Virus record (IMG/VR): IMGVR_UViG_3300031998_000005
Source: a virus
Lineage: Duplodnaviria > Caudoviricetes
DNA length: 64,000 nt
Reading direction: 5' to 3' (one strand)
Of the stretch, positions 1 through 9,221 are shown one piece after another (position 1 is the stretch's first letter; each line of letters starts with the position of its first letter). Below the pieces are notes generated by a model, which was not told where the DNA came from, ran no database searches, and worked only from the letters and a program-made list of their open reading frames with translations. A program made the translations under genes and the position numbers.

Positions 1-363
1 CGCCTTGACACAGAACGGAGTTTCGGCAGCCTCCACGAATACAGGACCGACCATCGGACACACATAGTCAAACAGGTAGTTATGGAATTTTCGCCACACG
101 AACACCTCAAAGTCCTGTCGCTTCAAATTATTCTGTGGTTTGAAAAAGTTATTCCGCAAGTATTCCAAGTTCACGGACAGGTCATCGTTCAAGGCATCCT
201 TACCGAACAACTTGAGATACATCACCTTTGCCTCATCCGTGGTCATCAGCCCCTTGGCGAACTCGTCCAAGCGGATTACAAAGAACCCACGCTGTTGCAA
301 GAGAACTGACAGGGTGGACTTGCCACTACCGATACGCCCCGTAATAAGATAAATCCTAGCCAT
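1..363 (-). CDS. P-loop kinase, dephospho-CoA kinase / dNMP kinase-like (3' end runs off window)
   Basis: Not in the ORF track. Translated by hand from ATG at 363: MARIYLITGRIGSGKSTLSVLLQQRGFFVIRLDEFAK, an N-terminal Walker A followed by a CoaE-like VIxxD motif. Confidence 0.7.
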   Translation of the reverse strand, partial: MARIYLITGRIGSGKSTLSVLLQQRGFFVIRLDEFAKGLMTTDEAKVMYLKLFGKDALNDDLSVNLEYLRNNFFKPQNNLKRQDFEVFVWRKFHNYLFDYVCPMVGPVFVEAAETPFCVKA

Positions 364-364
364 A

Positions 365-712
365 TCACTTGTCCTTATACTTATTGTAAAATTCTCTCAA
401 ATCAATCGTCCCGCCCAACCGCTTGAACAGGCTGTCCATCCTAGCAAACGCTTCGTCATCGTAGGAGAACTTACGCCCCTCACGTTGTTCCAAGCGTAGC
501 AGTTTATCATCAATGAACTTTTTGCAGGAATACAGGTCAAAGCAGTGGGCAAAGGCACACATACCATCTTCGTCAATGGCTTCCCACACCACGCAATGTT
601 CGCCTTGAAAATACCCGCAACACTCAATGAATACGCCACGATACAGGTAGCGAATGCCGACCTCGGAACGTCCCCTTTTGTTATGGGGTAATCTATGTGC
701 CCGATACGTCAT
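365..712 (-). CDS. hypothetical protein
   Basis: 115-aa ORF packed between its neighbours on the coding strand. Confidence 0.65.
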   Translation of the reverse strand: MTYRAHRLPHNKRGRSEVGIRYLYRGVFIECCGYFQGEHCVVWEAIDEDGMCAFAHCFDLYSCKKFIDDKLLRLEQREGRKFSYDDEAFARMDSLFKRLGGTIDLREFYNKYKDK

Positions 713-715
713 ACG

Positions 716-1279
716 CTACCCGTCAATCTTCTTGTCAAGGAAATTGGCAAGGTCTTTGAGTTTATCGGTTTCCCCGTTGATGGCACAGGTGCGAATCTGC
801 ATAGAGAGCCGACGCATAAACGGAGTGTATTTCGGGGACGGGAAATTCAACTGCTCCAAGGGAATCCTGGAAAGTTCCGCTTCCTTCTTCAAGCGGATTT
901 CTTCTGCCTTTGCGTTGGCAAGCATCTGCTTGAGTTGTTCTGCGTGTTTATGTGCGTCTTCGGCACTGCTGTATTGGGGAACATCGGCACAACCCGTAGA
1001 GCAATTTCCACAGGTCTTCGGGAAACCCCTGTTCTTATGGCTGTAATGCAGTTCCTTGCCACAAGAACAGCGAACGGGATAAGACAGCCCGAACAGGGTG
1101 GCGTAGGCTTCATCATAGCGTCTGCCGTGTTCCTGTTGCACGTGAGCATCAAACTCCCGCTTGCTATAAGGAACTTTGCAAAGCGGGCAAGTGTAATCCG
1201 TGCGGGTGTATTTCATCGCACCCGTCTTGGTGCGGGTCACGTATTGTTCACGGGGTTCGGTAATATATTGAATTTTCAT
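716..1279 (-). CDS. zinc-finger protein (C2H2-like CPLC..H..H plus CSCG/CGNC)
   Basis: Cys/His motifs; AACCGAGGA RBS and a sigma70-type promoter upstream. Confidence 0.7.
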   Translation of the reverse strand: MKIQYITEPREQYVTRTKTGAMKYTRTDYTCPLCKVPYSKREFDAHVQQEHGRRYDEAYATLFGLSYPVRCSCGKELHYSHKNRGFPKTCGNCSTGCADVPQYSSAEDAHKHAEQLKQMLANAKAEEIRLKKEAELSRIPLEQLNFPSPKYTPFMRRLSMQIRTCAINGETDKLKDLANFLDKKIDG

Positions 1280-1325
1280 CGGGGCTATCCTCGGTTAAAA
1301 GGTGTGGTTGTCATTGTATAACCCA

Positions 1326-1360
1326 AATATAACAAAATACCTAGTCAGCGTCAATAGGTA
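1326..1360 (-). promoter_or_regulatory. sigma70-like promoter TTGACG-N17-TATATT overlapped by a TACCTA-N11-TAGGTA palindrome
   Basis: -35 at 1349-1354, -10 at 1326-1331; near-identical copy at 3287-3321. Confidence 0.75.
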
Positions 1361-1383
1361 ATCGCAAAAATTTTCAAATTTTT

Positions 1384-1566
1384 TTAGACCGCCTTTTTAA
1401 TACCCTTAAAAGACTTATGGACATCGGGCAGTTTCTTTTCAACTAGCCCAAGCAGTTGCTCGTGAAGCCGTGCAATCTCCCGCAGGGAGTCATACTCCCA
1501 TCTAGGGATAGTAATGGTTTCGGGATGATGGTGCGAGTCTAGCGGGTATTTCTTATGCCTGTTCAC
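1384..1566 (-). CDS. hypothetical protein
   Basis: 3' part of ORF 1384..1674; GTG start with a GGAGG RBS overlapping the upstream gene end. Confidence 0.45.
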   Translation of the reverse strand: MNRHKKYPLDSHHHPETITIPRWEYDSLREIARLHEQLLGLVEKKLPDVHKSFKGIKKAV

Positions 1567-1945
1567 TCGCCCCTCCATTGTCTGCGGGGAATCCTGCGAA
1601 TTTCCAGGTATTAGCGTTCTGCAACGAGAACACAAGGTTCTTTTCATCAGTCGGCACGAACACACCGCAGTCAATGAGCAAGACCATCAAGGCAAGCAGT
1701 TGGTCGGGATGTGCCGACAGGGGGCTGTGCAGACAGAAATAATCAGCGGTCACGTTCCCGTTCAAGGCTTCATAGGACGTAGCAAGAAAACGGGTAGAGT
1801 TATCCACGGCAATCAGCAGGGCGGTTTCGGTCGGGAAAGCGTCCTTGAACATCGGGGCATACTGCTTCGCCTTGCGGGTAATCTCGGCTTCATATTTCAT
1901 ATCCGCAGACGCAGGGGTGACTTTCGGGGTAGAGTTTCTTGACAT
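1553..1945 (-). CDS. hypothetical protein
   Basis: 130 aa, TTAACCGAGGA RBS. Confidence 0.7.
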   Translation of the reverse strand: MSRNSTPKVTPASADMKYEAEITRKAKQYAPMFKDAFPTETALLIAVDNSTRFLATSYEALNGNVTADYFCLHSPLSAHPDQLLALMVLLIDCGVFVPTDEKNLVFSLQNANTWKFAGFPADNGGASEQA

Positions 1946-1966
1946 AAGGGTTTCCTCGGTTAAGTT

Positions 1967-2040
1967 AAAAAGGGGCGGTTCTCGGCATAGGACAGTTGTT
2001 ATGAACCCAAGGGTTCCGCAAAAAGAGTGAGAACCGCCCC
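1967..2040 (-). ncRNA. candidate small structured RNA or leader (12-bp closing stem plus U-tract)
   Basis: GGGGCGGTTCTC (1972-1983) pairs with GAGAACCGCCCC (2029-2040); TATATTT box at 2045-2051; T5 follows the stem on the minus strand. Confidence 0.45.
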
Positions 2041-2089
2041 AAGTAAATATAGCATATCTACATTGTGGATAAGTTGTGCAGATTGTGGA

Positions 2090-2371
2090 TTACCACTCCA
2101 CAAGGACACGAATTTCATTATTCCTAGCGTCAAAGTCTTCCTTTGACGGCTTCCACCCCAAATCCACAAGGATGGGGTGGACAATGCTGACACAATCAGC
2201 AGGCGTGATGTCCACCAACAGCGGGATAGTGACCTCACCCGAACGCAAGCCCCGCCAACAATACTGCGGAATGCACTTGTCCAAGCGTTCCTGGACGTAT
2301 TCTTTCCACTTGAAATACTTTTTCGTCAGTTCGGACGCAGTGAACGGGGAGATATTCTTGACCTGTTCCAT
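2090..2371 (-). CDS. hypothetical protein
   Basis: 93-aa ORF in an operon-like array. Confidence 0.6.
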   Translation of the reverse strand: MEQVKNISPFTASELTKKYFKWKEYVQERLDKCIPQYCWRGLRSGEVTIPLLVDITPADCVSIVHPILVDLGWKPSKEDFDARNNEIRVLVEW

Positions 2372-2374
2372 AGC

Positions 2375-2686
2375 CTAGTCCTCTTCGGATTCGGCAGCGT
2401 CATACGCTTCCTGTGTGCTAGGCAACGGACGTTCCCTAAATTCCTTACGAGAAAGGGAAACATACTGACCCCCATCGGGCAGGCTGTCATCCCAAACCCC
2501 CACATACACGCTGTATCGCACACCCTTGCCCGTAGGGAACACCTTGGGGACAAGTTCCGTGATACGCTTGTAGGCTTCCTCGTAAGAAGTGCCGTTAGAG
2601 TGAATTTCCGTATTGTGCCACAATCCCCCGTCCTTGTCATCAAAGAGATTGTCTGCGTGAATGCCATAGATGGTTGTTTTTGCCAT
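2375..2686 (-). CDS. hypothetical protein
   Basis: 103 aa, TTAACCGAGGA RBS. Confidence 0.7.
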   Translation of the reverse strand: MAKTTIYGIHADNLFDDKDGGLWHNTEIHSNGTSYEEAYKRITELVPKVFPTGKGVRYSVYVGVWDDSLPDGGQYVSLSRKEFRERPLPSTQEAYDAAESEED

Positions 2687-2701
2687 AGTTGTATTCCTCG
2701 G

Positions 2702-3019
2702 TTAAAGGTCAGTGTAGTCAAACATCTTGTTCCAACGGGGAGTCGGTTCAAATACAGCGTCGTGCTGTTTCTTCGTAAGATTGTCTATCCTGCTCCAATA
2801 GACAATCGGGCAATAAGGCATCCTGCCCCATTTACCTTTCAAGTCAATGTCGTTTTTGAGCCATTCAATCTTATCGTGCGTAGGGGCTTTAACATCAAGG
2901 TATCTGCCGTTCTTGCGATTACGCCAAGCGATAAGAACTTCACCCAAGTCGGTAAGGACTAGGATTTCAGTTTTCGGGGGGATTTCATTTACGTTCCTGT
3001 TCCATTTCATAGCAGACAT
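2702..3019 (-). CDS. hypothetical protein
   Basis: 105-aa ORF in an operon-like array. Confidence 0.65.
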   Translation of the reverse strand: MSAMKWNRNVNEIPPKTEILVLTDLGEVLIAWRNRKNGRYLDVKAPTHDKIEWLKNDIDLKGKWGRMPYCPIVYWSRIDNLTKKQHDAVFEPTPRWNKMFDYTDL

Positions 3020-3020
3020 C

Positions 3021-3251
3021 CTAGTTTCCCTTGAGAATGCGGGTCACGCCTTCCTTTGCCCTGTAAAGGCGACAATACGAATCAAGACGCTTGCTCCTGT
3101 AAGAGCCATCGGGTTTCTTGAAGGCATAGGGTTCCAGGATTTCCCATTCATCTAGTGCGTAGTTGTGATGAATCCACAACGTCCTGTCCTTGTAGGTGGC
3201 GATGTAGAGACCCGTCTTGTTTTCACGCTTGATTTGAACTTCGTCTGCCAT
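3021..3251 (-). CDS. hypothetical protein
   Basis: Start moved to MADEVQ (3251), 7 nt after the TTAACCGAGGA RBS and downstream of the promoter. Confidence 0.65.
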   Translation of the reverse strand: MADEVQIKRENKTGLYIATYKDRTLWIHHNYALDEWEILEPYAFKKPDGSYRSKRLDSYCRLYRAKEGVTRILKGN

Positions 3252-3286
3252 TACTGCATCCTCGGTTAAAGTGGTTGTCTGCACAG

Positions 3287-3321
3287 AATATAACAAAATA
3301 CCTATATCTCGTCAATAGGTA
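3287..3321 (-). promoter_or_regulatory. sigma70-like promoter TTGACG-N17-TATATT with a TACCTA-N11-TAGGTA palindrome
   Basis: -35 at 3310-3315, -10 at 3287-3292; same design as 1326-1360. Confidence 0.75.
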
Positions 3322-3348
3322 TTGTAAAAATAATATGTTATATTTTTC

Positions 3349-4152
3349 TTACACGCAGTAATAGACTGCGTGGAGGTTGCTATTCTTGTCGTAGTGCATT
3401 TCCGCAGCGACCACCACCTTCTTGTCATAGGAAAGTTGGCTCATTACAGTAGAACCGAGTTCCAATTCCTGCGTGTAGGTGAACACCTGTATATCGGTAA
3501 GCAATCTGGAAATCTCGTTGCAGTTGTTTACCACGTTCTCCATCGTAGATTGGTCTATGTTCGTAAACTGACCGAACGGCAGAATAACCTGTGCGTCATC
3601 GGGATAAGAACCCGTCACAAGGTTTTCCCAACCGATATACCCCGCAATCGGAGAGCGACCATATATCCTACGGAACGGAACATTTATGACAGTCGGCTTC
3701 TGCTTATAGAGTTCGGAAAAGTAGAGAACCTTATTATTTTCAAAATCTATAAAGGCGGTCTTGGGCGACATATTGGAAAGCAAGATAGCCAACTGCCCGT
3801 TATTCAAAAACAGGTTCAAGAGAGTAATCGGAATTTTCGGACCGTTATCCAATCCTAGACCTTTTAGGATTTCTGCGACCTCTGCGGACTCTACCGATGA
3901 CGGCTGTGAGTTAAGCCACTTGACCTGGGAATCAAGCATAGCGGAAATCTTCACTTGGGTCTTCTCGCCCACGTTCATATAGACTTCGCTACCGACCATC
4001 TTGTATTCTTTCTTTACATTGTCAATGGTTATATTGAACTTCGGAGCATCCGAATAGGATGCCATAGGAACAAGCATTTCTACGAAAGTATAAGCCGAGA
4101 GAGCCTTGCGGACGATAACCTCGTCAATGTTTCCAAGAGAGCATTCAAGCAT
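3349..4152 (-). CDS. putative baseplate hub protein (gp27/gpD-like)
   Basis: Position after the tape measure gene and size; sequence support is weak. Confidence 0.4.
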   Translation of the reverse strand: MLECSLGNIDEVIVRKALSAYTFVEMLVPMASYSDAPKFNITIDNVKKEYKMVGSEVYMNVGEKTQVKISAMLDSQVKWLNSQPSSVESAEVAEILKGLGLDNGPKIPITLLNLFLNNGQLAILLSNMSPKTAFIDFENNKVLYFSELYKQKPTVINVPFRRIYGRSPIAGYIGWENLVTGSYPDDAQVILPFGQFTNIDQSTMENVVNNCNEISRLLTDIQVFTYTQELELGSTVMSQLSYDKKVVVAAEMHYDKNSNLHAVYYCV

Positions 4153-4418
4153 TAGATTTTGAAATCCTTTACTTCATTAAGTTCCGTAGCAATCCAAGTC
4201 CTATCCACCACTGCAACGGCAGCACGATTAGCCAACCGATGTGGGGTATCTACTCCGTTATAAATCATATCCCACTTCATAAAAGAATCACGGGGAAACA
4301 CCTTGTCGGGGCGATTCTTGGATTTGAGTGTGATGACATTCACAGAACCCATCACCGAGCGGGGGTTCACACTGCTATTATTGTTAAGGAACCGTTCAAT
4401 ACTTTTCAGTTCAATCAT
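4152..4418 (-). CDS. small tail/baseplate protein
   Basis: Translationally coupled within the tail operon. Confidence 0.4.
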   Translation of the reverse strand: MIELKSIERFLNNNSSVNPRSVMGSVNVITLKSKNRPDKVFPRDSFMKWDMIYNGVDTPHRLANRAAVAVVDRTWIATELNEVKDFKI

Positions 4419-5347
4419 TCCCAACCACTCCTTACGGAACTTGCCGTAAACAAAGAACCATACATATTGGATATAGTCATCGCCACTTTCATCTGCGTAG
4501 GATAAACTACCCCGCCCGATGTATCATCAACGGCATACCCCGTTTCCGTAAACTTTGCACTTGTCATAACACCCGTGATACTTTGTGCGACCTTCTGCCC
4601 GTCTATAAGTAGTTCTATCGGATGTCCCGCACAAGCCCACTTACCGACAATACCCGAATTAAAGTTCGCACCCATAGCATCAACACCCGCAGCGACGTTC
4701 GCTCCGATACCCGTCAAGGTCCCGACCACGGGAATGCCTGCTGACTGCCCCGCCATAGAAGATTCCGAACGAGCCTTGCCTTCAGCATACATTTGAGCAT
4801 CCCCGTTAATGTAGCCCGCAAGCATTTTCGCCTGGTCTGTATTATGTTGCATAGCCGAAGCCATCATAGCCATACCCGCAGCGTCCACGGGGTCATCGTT
4901 ATACAAAGCGTCATCCCCGTGTCTAGTCGGGCGATAGGAAGATATACTCATACCAAGAGTTTCATTCTTGGAAACAACCTGTTCCCATCCCTGGGCTACA
5001 ATTTCCGAGCGGAGTTGTTTCTTGCAAGTGATATAATCACGATAGTCCGTAAAATACATCACCCCATCAAGGGACACATCTAGGTTCAAGCGACTATCGC
5101 TCCATTGAACACCCGGCATAGGTTTAGACAACTTATCCGAGGGGTCATTACCTGTTCCCAATGCACTCAAACCTTGCACTAGGGTAAGGAACTTTTCTAC
5201 CGAACCCGTCCCTTCTCTAACACTATAAGACGGAAAGCCGTGGTCATCCAAAGAGATATAATCCTTGGAATAAACATACAAGCACCCATACCGATAGCAA
5301 TTAAGCCTAGCAAGCCTACGAAAATCTCTGCACTCTATATCTTCCAT
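4415..5347 (-). CDS. putative tail tube initiator / baseplate protein
   Basis: Start moved to MEDIECRD (5347) with an AGGAG RBS; follows the tape measure gene; C-terminus resembles tube-fold proteins (YPTQMKVAMTI). Confidence 0.45.
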   Translation of the reverse strand: MEDIECRDFRRLARLNCYRYGCLYVYSKDYISLDDHGFPSYSVREGTGSVEKFLTLVQGLSALGTGNDPSDKLSKPMPGVQWSDSRLNLDVSLDGVMYFTDYRDYITCKKQLRSEIVAQGWEQVVSKNETLGMSISSYRPTRHGDDALYNDDPVDAAGMAMMASAMQHNTDQAKMLAGYINGDAQMYAEGKARSESSMAGQSAGIPVVGTLTGIGANVAAGVDAMGANFNSGIVGKWACAGHPIELLIDGQKVAQSITGVMTSAKFTETGYAVDDTSGGVVYPTQMKVAMTISNMYGSLFTASSVRSGWE

Positions 5348-5357
5348 ACACCTTCTC

Positions 5358-7226
5358 CTACACTGCCCAAGGTGACACGTAAGGACTGATACCCATAATC
5401 GGAGTAGTTCCAGGATTCTTGGAAGCAGCCAAGACTGCGTCACGCATCGCCTCGGTTTGTTCCTTTTGTGCTTGCCAATCTTCCAACCTATACACGGGTG
5501 CTTCACCCGCAACAGACGCACGGGCTTGAGCCAAGGTAGCCTCGGCATCCGCAGGGGATGTTAGAGCAGTTTCTTTACGAGATACAACCACTCCCCCTTG
5601 TGCCGAAGTAGTGTCTATGGCGACACCGCCCTGCGTTCTTTGCCGTTTAGATTCAGCCTTTTTAGCCAAGCGTTCGGCTTCCGTAGCCCTAGTCTGCTCA
5701 AGAGCGGATGTGACAGGTTTCTTCTCCGTCCAATGCGGACCGATAAGCGGAGCGTGGTCAAACAGGTTTATCAACCCGTTAAAGCCCGCCATCGCCTGTG
5801 CGGACAGTTCCATAATAGATGACACGATAAACGGCATTATCAACTTGGTCATATCCATTATGGCTCCCGCCAAACTACTGAATATCGGCACAAGTCTATC
5901 AAAGGACATAATGGCACTTGCGACCATACCCCAAGGTCCAAGGAATTTCAATGCCGAGCCTGCAAGAGAACCCAACTTACCAACAATTCCACCAAGAGCC
6001 TTGGTGATACCGCCCATATTGACAGCACCCGCCTTACTACCAAATTTTCCCACAGATGCAACAGGTTTATTGACAGTAGCCTGTGGACTTGTCCTCTGCC
6101 TAGTAGGACCGTTAGGACGAGTAGTTTGCGTATTCGCCTTTTCAAACTTCGCATTCTTCGGAGCGGGTCTTGCTTCCACGGGCTGTGGAGTAGCCTGCGG
6201 AGCAGTCGGCTCGGCTTTGGGCGTAATAGGTTCGGCAGACTTTGAAACCTCGGCAACGGCATTCGTGGCTTCGTTTACAGCAGTTTCAACATCTGCCTTT
6301 GTAATAGTGGGAGTTTCTGCGGGGGTCTTGGAAACTTCGGCTTCCTGTTTCTTTTCAATATCCGCAGAACTCTCAACACCTTCCCGTGTAAGAACAGGGG
6401 TTTCATTAGACTTATTGGAACGTATTGCATTAGCGACATCCTTAATAGCCTGTTCCATCTTCGGAACACTGAATTTAGCCCTGCCCGAAAGCAACTGCTT
6501 TTCAAAAGTTTCGCCTTCGCCTGCCAAAGCCTTAACTTGCTGTGCCCTATCCGAATACAACTTGGCTGCGGAGCCTGGGTCGGAGATATTTTCCCGTGCC
6601 GCTACGGTAGCAGACGCTTCTTTCATCCACCACGCTTCATCGTCATATTTTTCCTTAACCGCTTCGGCAGCAGGGGTTTCCTTCTTCTCCTTAACGAAGC
6701 GACTCAATCCGTTCACAAGGAACTTTCCGAGAGAGTCACCCCCAGAATTAGCGATACCCCCAAGAGCAGACTCTATCGTTCCGTATTTATCTTGAATGGC
6801 AAAGTTGGCTTCGGCACGTTTCTGTTCTATTTCTTTTAGGTTAGCATTCAAAGCCTTATTAAAAGTCCTAAAAGTCTGCTGTTGTTCACGAATAGCCTTT
6901 ATCTGTTCTTCCGTGACTTGGGGCACAAGCCTTTCAGCCATATCCATCATACGCAGATGGCGTTCACGCTCAATCTTATCTTCGGCAACTTTTGTTTGAA
7001 GCAGATTACGGATAGTCTGTTGGACATCCTCGGCTTCACCTGTCTTTCTCGCAACAAGGTTGGCAGCAGTTTGGTCACGAACCGCCTGCTGTAATTTATC
7101 TACGGCAGTCGCTACTACGTCCATACCCGCAGTAGCACCTTTCAAGACATCAGCAATAGGGGATTTTTCCGAAGCCCGCTCACGCTGTTGCTTCAAGCCA
7201 TCCATAAGTTCTTGAAAAGTTGCCAT
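5358..7226 (-). CDS. tape measure-like protein
   Basis: 622 aa, helical and Ala/Glu/Lys-rich with a Gly-rich hydrophobic segment (GGIVGKLG..LGPWGMVA); follows tube and chaperone genes. Confidence 0.65.
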   Translation of the reverse strand: MATFQELMDGLKQQRERASEKSPIADVLKGATAGMDVVATAVDKLQQAVRDQTAANLVARKTGEAEDVQQTIRNLLQTKVAEDKIERERHLRMMDMAERLVPQVTEEQIKAIREQQQTFRTFNKALNANLKEIEQKRAEANFAIQDKYGTIESALGGIANSGGDSLGKFLVNGLSRFVKEKKETPAAEAVKEKYDDEAWWMKEASATVAARENISDPGSAAKLYSDRAQQVKALAGEGETFEKQLLSGRAKFSVPKMEQAIKDVANAIRSNKSNETPVLTREGVESSADIEKKQEAEVSKTPAETPTITKADVETAVNEATNAVAEVSKSAEPITPKAEPTAPQATPQPVEARPAPKNAKFEKANTQTTRPNGPTRQRTSPQATVNKPVASVGKFGSKAGAVNMGGITKALGGIVGKLGSLAGSALKFLGPWGMVASAIMSFDRLVPIFSSLAGAIMDMTKLIMPFIVSSIMELSAQAMAGFNGLINLFDHAPLIGPHWTEKKPVTSALEQTRATEAERLAKKAESKRQRTQGGVAIDTTSAQGGVVVSRKETALTSPADAEATLAQARASVAGEAPVYRLEDWQAQKEQTEAMRDAVLAASKNPGTTPIMGISPYVSPWAV

Positions 7227-7233
7227 AGTTAAT

Positions 7234-7353
7234 TTACCTCGTCATAGTTCGTCTAGCCTGTGACTGTGCCTGCTTTCGTTCCTTTTCAAGCATTTCTTCA
7301 CGGGCACGTAAATAATCTTCAACCTCTGCCACCGATTTGGTCATATCCAAATC
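7234..7353 (-). CDS. tail chaperone extension (gpT/gp51-like), probably reached by +1 frameshift
   Basis: +1 frame open over 7431-7234, overlapping the 3' end of 7352..8092; charged helix EVEDYLRAREEMLEKERKQ. Confidence 0.5.
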   Translation of the reverse strand, partial: DLDMTKSVAEVEDYLRAREEMLEKERKQAQSQARRTMTR

Positions 7354-8092
7354 AAAGCCTAAAATTAGTCTTATATCTGCTAGTCGCTTCCTTGTCAAGA
7401 AAGGGTGTATATTGAGTGACCTCCACGGCACTCAAAGCCACGCTGTATTTCTTCTTGCACTTGGGGCATTCAAACTCTGCCTGCGTGTCATCCAGGAAAT
7501 ACCGCTTGATTGCTTCAAGCATAAGGTTCAACAAGCAGAAATCATCAATAGCCAAAATCTTTTCACGAACCCCCTCGGAACTGCCGTCCACACGGAGAAC
7601 ATACGGAGCAATAATATCCACGAACTTGGCAGGGTCAAAATCATCAAGGGTTGTATTCTGCGTAAGGTTCAACTTGCTAACCATATCGTCCCAGGCTTCC
7701 AAGGTCGGATAGCCCAATTCCCACTTACCATTGTCAATAGTAAGCGGATAGGGGTCTTCATCAGTAAGACTAGGCACAGGGGGAAAATCCTTCATCGTGA
7801 TAGTCCGCTTATGCTTGTCATCACAATACGGACAAGTCAAGTCCAATGTCCAAGACTGCTTGGGGTATGCGTGGAATGCGAGCATCGCAAGCAAGTATTT
7901 CACGTCCACGGGAACGAGTTTGCTTGCGTCAATTTGGTCATCCACAAGCACTTGGATAAGTTTTGCGACCTCCACCAAGGGCGGGTTCTTTCCAAGGTCA
8001 ATAGCCTGTTGCAAGTTCATAGCCTTCATCTTGAACGACTTGAACTGATACGGCTTGAAATTGGACGGAAGGGAGTTTACAGGTATAATCAT
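7352..8092 (-). CDS. baseplate hub / tail assembly chaperone, T4 gp26-like
   Basis: LPS N-terminus, DVKYLL, two CxxC motifs (CPYC, CPKC); lies between tube and tape measure. Confidence 0.7.
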   Translation of the reverse strand: MIIPVNSLPSNFKPYQFKSFKMKAMNLQQAIDLGKNPPLVEVAKLIQVLVDDQIDASKLVPVDVKYLLAMLAFHAYPKQSWTLDLTCPYCDDKHKRTITMKDFPPVPSLTDEDPYPLTIDNGKWELGYPTLEAWDDMVSKLNLTQNTTLDDFDPAKFVDIIAPYVLRVDGSSEGVREKILAIDDFCLLNLMLEAIKRYFLDDTQAEFECPKCKKKYSVALSAVEVTQYTPFLDKEATSRYKTNFRL

Positions 8093-8110
8093 CGGTTTAC
8101 CTCGGTTGTT

Positions 8111-8533
8111 TTAGATGGCTCTCAAAGTGAGTTTCACATTGAGAATTTCTGCGTCCTTGTAGTTCACAGAATCGGGTGGTTCGTAATCGGCAAGATAGCA
8201 TTTAACCTGTGTAGGATTATCTGCGTGACCCCACATAAGGGTAATCGGCAACCGCTCGTCAATGTAGCCAGGATGAACAGTAGCCGTATAAAGGTCACGC
8301 AACAGCATTTCCTGTCGGTTTGTCACGTAGGCTTCAACAGTAAATTCGGGGGTTTTCAACTCCCCGTCCGATAGAATGAACGGGCGTAGTCCTCCAACGT
8401 CGGAAATAGCCAACTTGTTCAACTCGTCAAAGCCACGGGGGAACTTGCACTCCGCATCAAAATGAGCAGTGTCAAGAAACGTAGTGTCAATCGCCTGTTG
8501 AACAGAAAGTCCATTTTCTCTTGTAAAAGCCAT
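8111..8533 (-). CDS. tail tube-like / baseplate-tube junction protein
   Basis: 140 aa, beta-rich, adjacent to the tail tube gene. Confidence 0.45.
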   Translation of the reverse strand: MAFTRENGLSVQQAIDTTFLDTAHFDAECKFPRGFDELNKLAISDVGGLRPFILSDGELKTPEFTVEAYVTNRQEMLLRDLYTATVHPGYIDERLPITLMWGHADNPTQVKCYLADYEPPDSVNYKDAEILNVKLTLRAI

Positions 8534-8581
8534 ACTCTAAATATACATTATTTGGATTGTTTGCGGAAATACTTATACACT

Positions 8582-8611
8582 AAAAACCCGCCCATACGGA
8601 TATGAGCGGGT
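8582..8611 (-). terminator. rho-independent terminator after tail tube
   Basis: ACCCGCTCATA-tccg-TATGGGCGGGT followed by a T-run on the minus strand. Confidence 0.75.
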
Positions 8612-8633
8612 TAGTTCTACTAGCACTTGGGAG

Positions 8634-9218
8634 TTAGGTATTACCGTCGCCCGTAGTCCATCCGTGGCAACGAATATCAAGTTGGACAGAACCGATTTCG
8701 GCACTATCGGACTGATAGTTCGGAGACTGCACCTTATTGAACTGCACACCCTTGAGATAATAGGTAATAGCAACGCCAGGGTCGCCATCCTTGTTGGAAT
8801 TACCAAGAGAGGTCAAGGTAATGCCGTCAAAGGTGTATTCCTTTTTCTCGTTGATGTTGCGGTGTTCAAAGTAGCCCGCAGTGTTATTGGCTACGTTCAC
8901 GAGAGCCTTGAAAATACGATGGTCCATATTTTCATAAATGTCAATCGGGAGAGAGTCAATAAAGCGGTCTTGCCACGCAGCCTGCGAAATATGGATGCCC
9001 TTGATTTCCGCTTCGGCATACGTGATTTCAGTTTCAAACTGAAAATCCGAATGACAAGCGAACGACATCTGCAAGCGGGGGTCGTTGTCCACATCGCCCA
9101 TAAGTTCTTTCAACTTATTACACTTGCTAAAGTCAATTCGCCAGTTAGACGTGACCGCATAGTTGTATTCGTTGAAGTTGCTACCAAGCAATTCACCAAT
9201 TTTAATGTTCTGCGGCAT
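8634..9218 (-). CDS. tail tube protein (gp19-like)
   Basis: 194 aa directly downstream of the sheath; tube-like beta pattern. Confidence 0.7.
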   Translation of the reverse strand: MPQNIKIGELLGSNFNEYNYAVTSNWRIDFSKCNKLKELMGDVDNDPRLQMSFACHSDFQFETEITYAEAEIKGIHISQAAWQDRFIDSLPIDIYENMDHRIFKALVNVANNTAGYFEHRNINEKKEYTFDGITLTSLGNSNKDGDPGVAITYYLKGVQFNKVQSPNYQSDSAEIGSVQLDIRCHGWTTGDGNT

Positions 9219-9221
9219 AAG

